Both the position numbers and the translations under genes were made by a program. A model generated the notes under the pieces. That model was given only the letters and a program-made list of their open reading frames with translations, had not been told where the DNA came from and did not search any database. 64,000 nucleotides of DNA from Dehalococcoides mccartyi. GTDB taxonomy: Bacteria > Chloroflexota > Dehalococcoidia > GIF9 > DYGU01. Below, in pieces: positions 62,681 through 64,000 of this stretch; the stretch's first letter is position 1; each line of letters begins with the position of its first letter. The stretch lies in the NCBI GenBank assembly GCA_020724525.1, contig DYGU01000007.1, positions 1,435-65,434 of the forward strand, in the 5' to 3' direction.

Positions 62681-64000
62681 ATGGCTAAGAAAAGTCTTCA
62701 TTTATCCATGATAATCTTTCTCCTTTGCGCTGTCCTGGCCTCTCTTGTTGCCTGTCAACCAAAAATTGTGTCCCCACCTGCATTCCCCCCTCCCGCCGAA
62801 GGTGTCCTTAATCTATGGGACATTGGACCAATAACCCTGGACCCAGCTATATCCAGTGAGATGACCTCTCACAGCTATATCCTGCAAATATTTAGTGGGC
62901 TGGTCAAGCTTGACAACAAGCTAAGACCAGTCCCTGATATCGCCGAGAAATGGCACAAAAGCCCCGATGGCAAAACTTACACTTTCTTTTTACGCCGTGG
63001 TGTCAAATTCCACAGTGGCAAGGAAGTTAAAGCTGGTGATTTTAAGTATTCCTGGGAGCGAGCTTGCGACCCAAGGACCCAGTCTCAGACCGCCGCTACT
63101 TACCTGGGCGACATTGTTGGAGTGAAAGAAGTCCTGGAAGGTAAAATAAAGGAGGTCAAAGGGATTAAGGTCATTGACGATTACACTCTGGAAGTAACCA
63201 TTGATGCCCCTAAAGCCTACTTCCTGCTCAAATTGACCTACCCTACCGCCTTTGTGGTGGATAAGGCTAATGTAGAATCAAGGAAAGAATGGTGGCGAAA
63301 GCCCAATGGCACCGGTCCCTTCAAACTCAAGGAGTGGCAGCCAGACAATCTTCTCATCCTGGAAGCCAATGAGTTTTATTATGGCAAGCCAGCCAGAATT
63401 AAACAGGTTGTCTTTTACCTCTGGGGTGGCAGACCCATAGACATGTACGAGGTAGGTAAAATTGATGTTGCCCCCGTCTACCAACATTACATTGACCGGG
63501 TTAGAGATAAGACCGGTCCCTTCTATAAGGAATTAATAACGGTACCCGAGCTAAGTCTATATTACATTGGTTTTAATACCAAAAACCCACCTTTTGATGA
63601 TGTTAATATCCGGCGTGCCTTTTCCCAAGCTGTAGACAAGCAACGGATTATTGATGTCACCCTCAAAGGTATGATGGTCAAAGCCGATGGCATCTTACCT
63701 CCAGGCATGCCCGGTTACAATAAAAATCTCCGCGGGCTTGAATATGATGTTGCTGAAGCTAAGAGGCTTATTGCTACTTCTAAATATGGTGATGTTGCCA
63801 AACTACCGCCGATTACTATCACTACCTCTGGGTGGGGTGGTAATATCCCTGACTATTTGGTAACTTTAGTCCACCAGTGGCAACAGAATCTGGGAGTAAC
63901 AATAACCGTAAGACAGTTGGAGCCAGAGAACTTCTTCTATTACCTGAAGCAAGAAAAAGATGAACTTTTCATAATGGGTTGGGTTGCCGACTACCCTGAC
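62681..64000 (+). CDS. oppA: Peptide ABC transporter substrate-binding lipoprotein (runs off window)
   Basis: Read manually: MAKKSLH..LVAC lipobox, TLDPA, IFSGLV, PDIAEKW..S.DG.TYTF.LR.GVKFHSG, PNGTGPFKL. Confidence 0.92.
   Translation, partial: MAKKSLHLSMIIFLLCAVLASLVACQPKIVSPPAFPPPAEGVLNLWDIGPITLDPAISSEMTSHSYILQIFSGLVKLDNKLRPVPDIAEKWHKSPDGKTYTFFLRRGVKFHSGKEVKAGDFKYSWERACDPRTQSQTAATYLGDIVGVKEVLEGKIKEVKGIKVIDDYTLEVTIDAPKAYFLLKLTYPTAFVVDKANVESRKEWWRKPNGTGPFKLKEWQPDNLLILEANEFYYGKPARIKQVVFYLWGGRPIDMYEVGKIDVAPVYQHYIDRVRDKTGPFYKELITVPELSLYYIGFNTKNPPFDDVNIRRAFSQAVDKQRIIDVTLKGMMVKADGILPPGMPGYNKNLRGLEYDVAEAKRLIATSKYGDVAKLPPITITTSGWGGNIPDYLVTLVHQWQQNLGVTITVRQLEPENFFYYLKQEKDELFIMGWVADYPD

Overview
Bacterial chromosome segment, most likely Chloroflexota/Dehalococcoidia. 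This is inferred from the minimal mraZ-rsmH-ftsA cluster without mur/pbp genes, the paired archaeal-type GlmU genes next to glmS, and nurA-herA. Most of it is intact core genes: ftsA, rsmH, mraZ, mog, trmD, rplS, priA, def, glmS, CCA enzyme, secDF, cstA, HDAC, nurA/HAS/herA, sua5, sbcC, ffh, rpoD-dnaG-dgt-ppsA, a full F1Fo operon, rpsP-khpA, nfi, frameshifted prfB, radC and oppA. There are three accessory zones. (i) A 5.8-kb island bounded by a 23-bp duplication of the khpA 3' end holds decayed integron-like integrases, an attC-terminated TPR + RING-finger cassette, ISLre2, a MITE and an M48 protease. (ii) A deleted IS1111-type IS110 element keeps its long non-coding end. (iii) A decaying defence cluster holds RM, TIR-TM and HEPN remnants. 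At least three families of palindromic REP-like repeats occur, one flanking a DUF559 endonuclease gene. The most notable observations are a RecA C-terminal-domain-like segment inside the primary sigma factor, an unannotated C3HC4 RING ORF in an integron-like cassette, the DUF559/REP unit, and two extra membrane-protein genes inside the atp operon. All calls come from motif recognition only; no searches were run.
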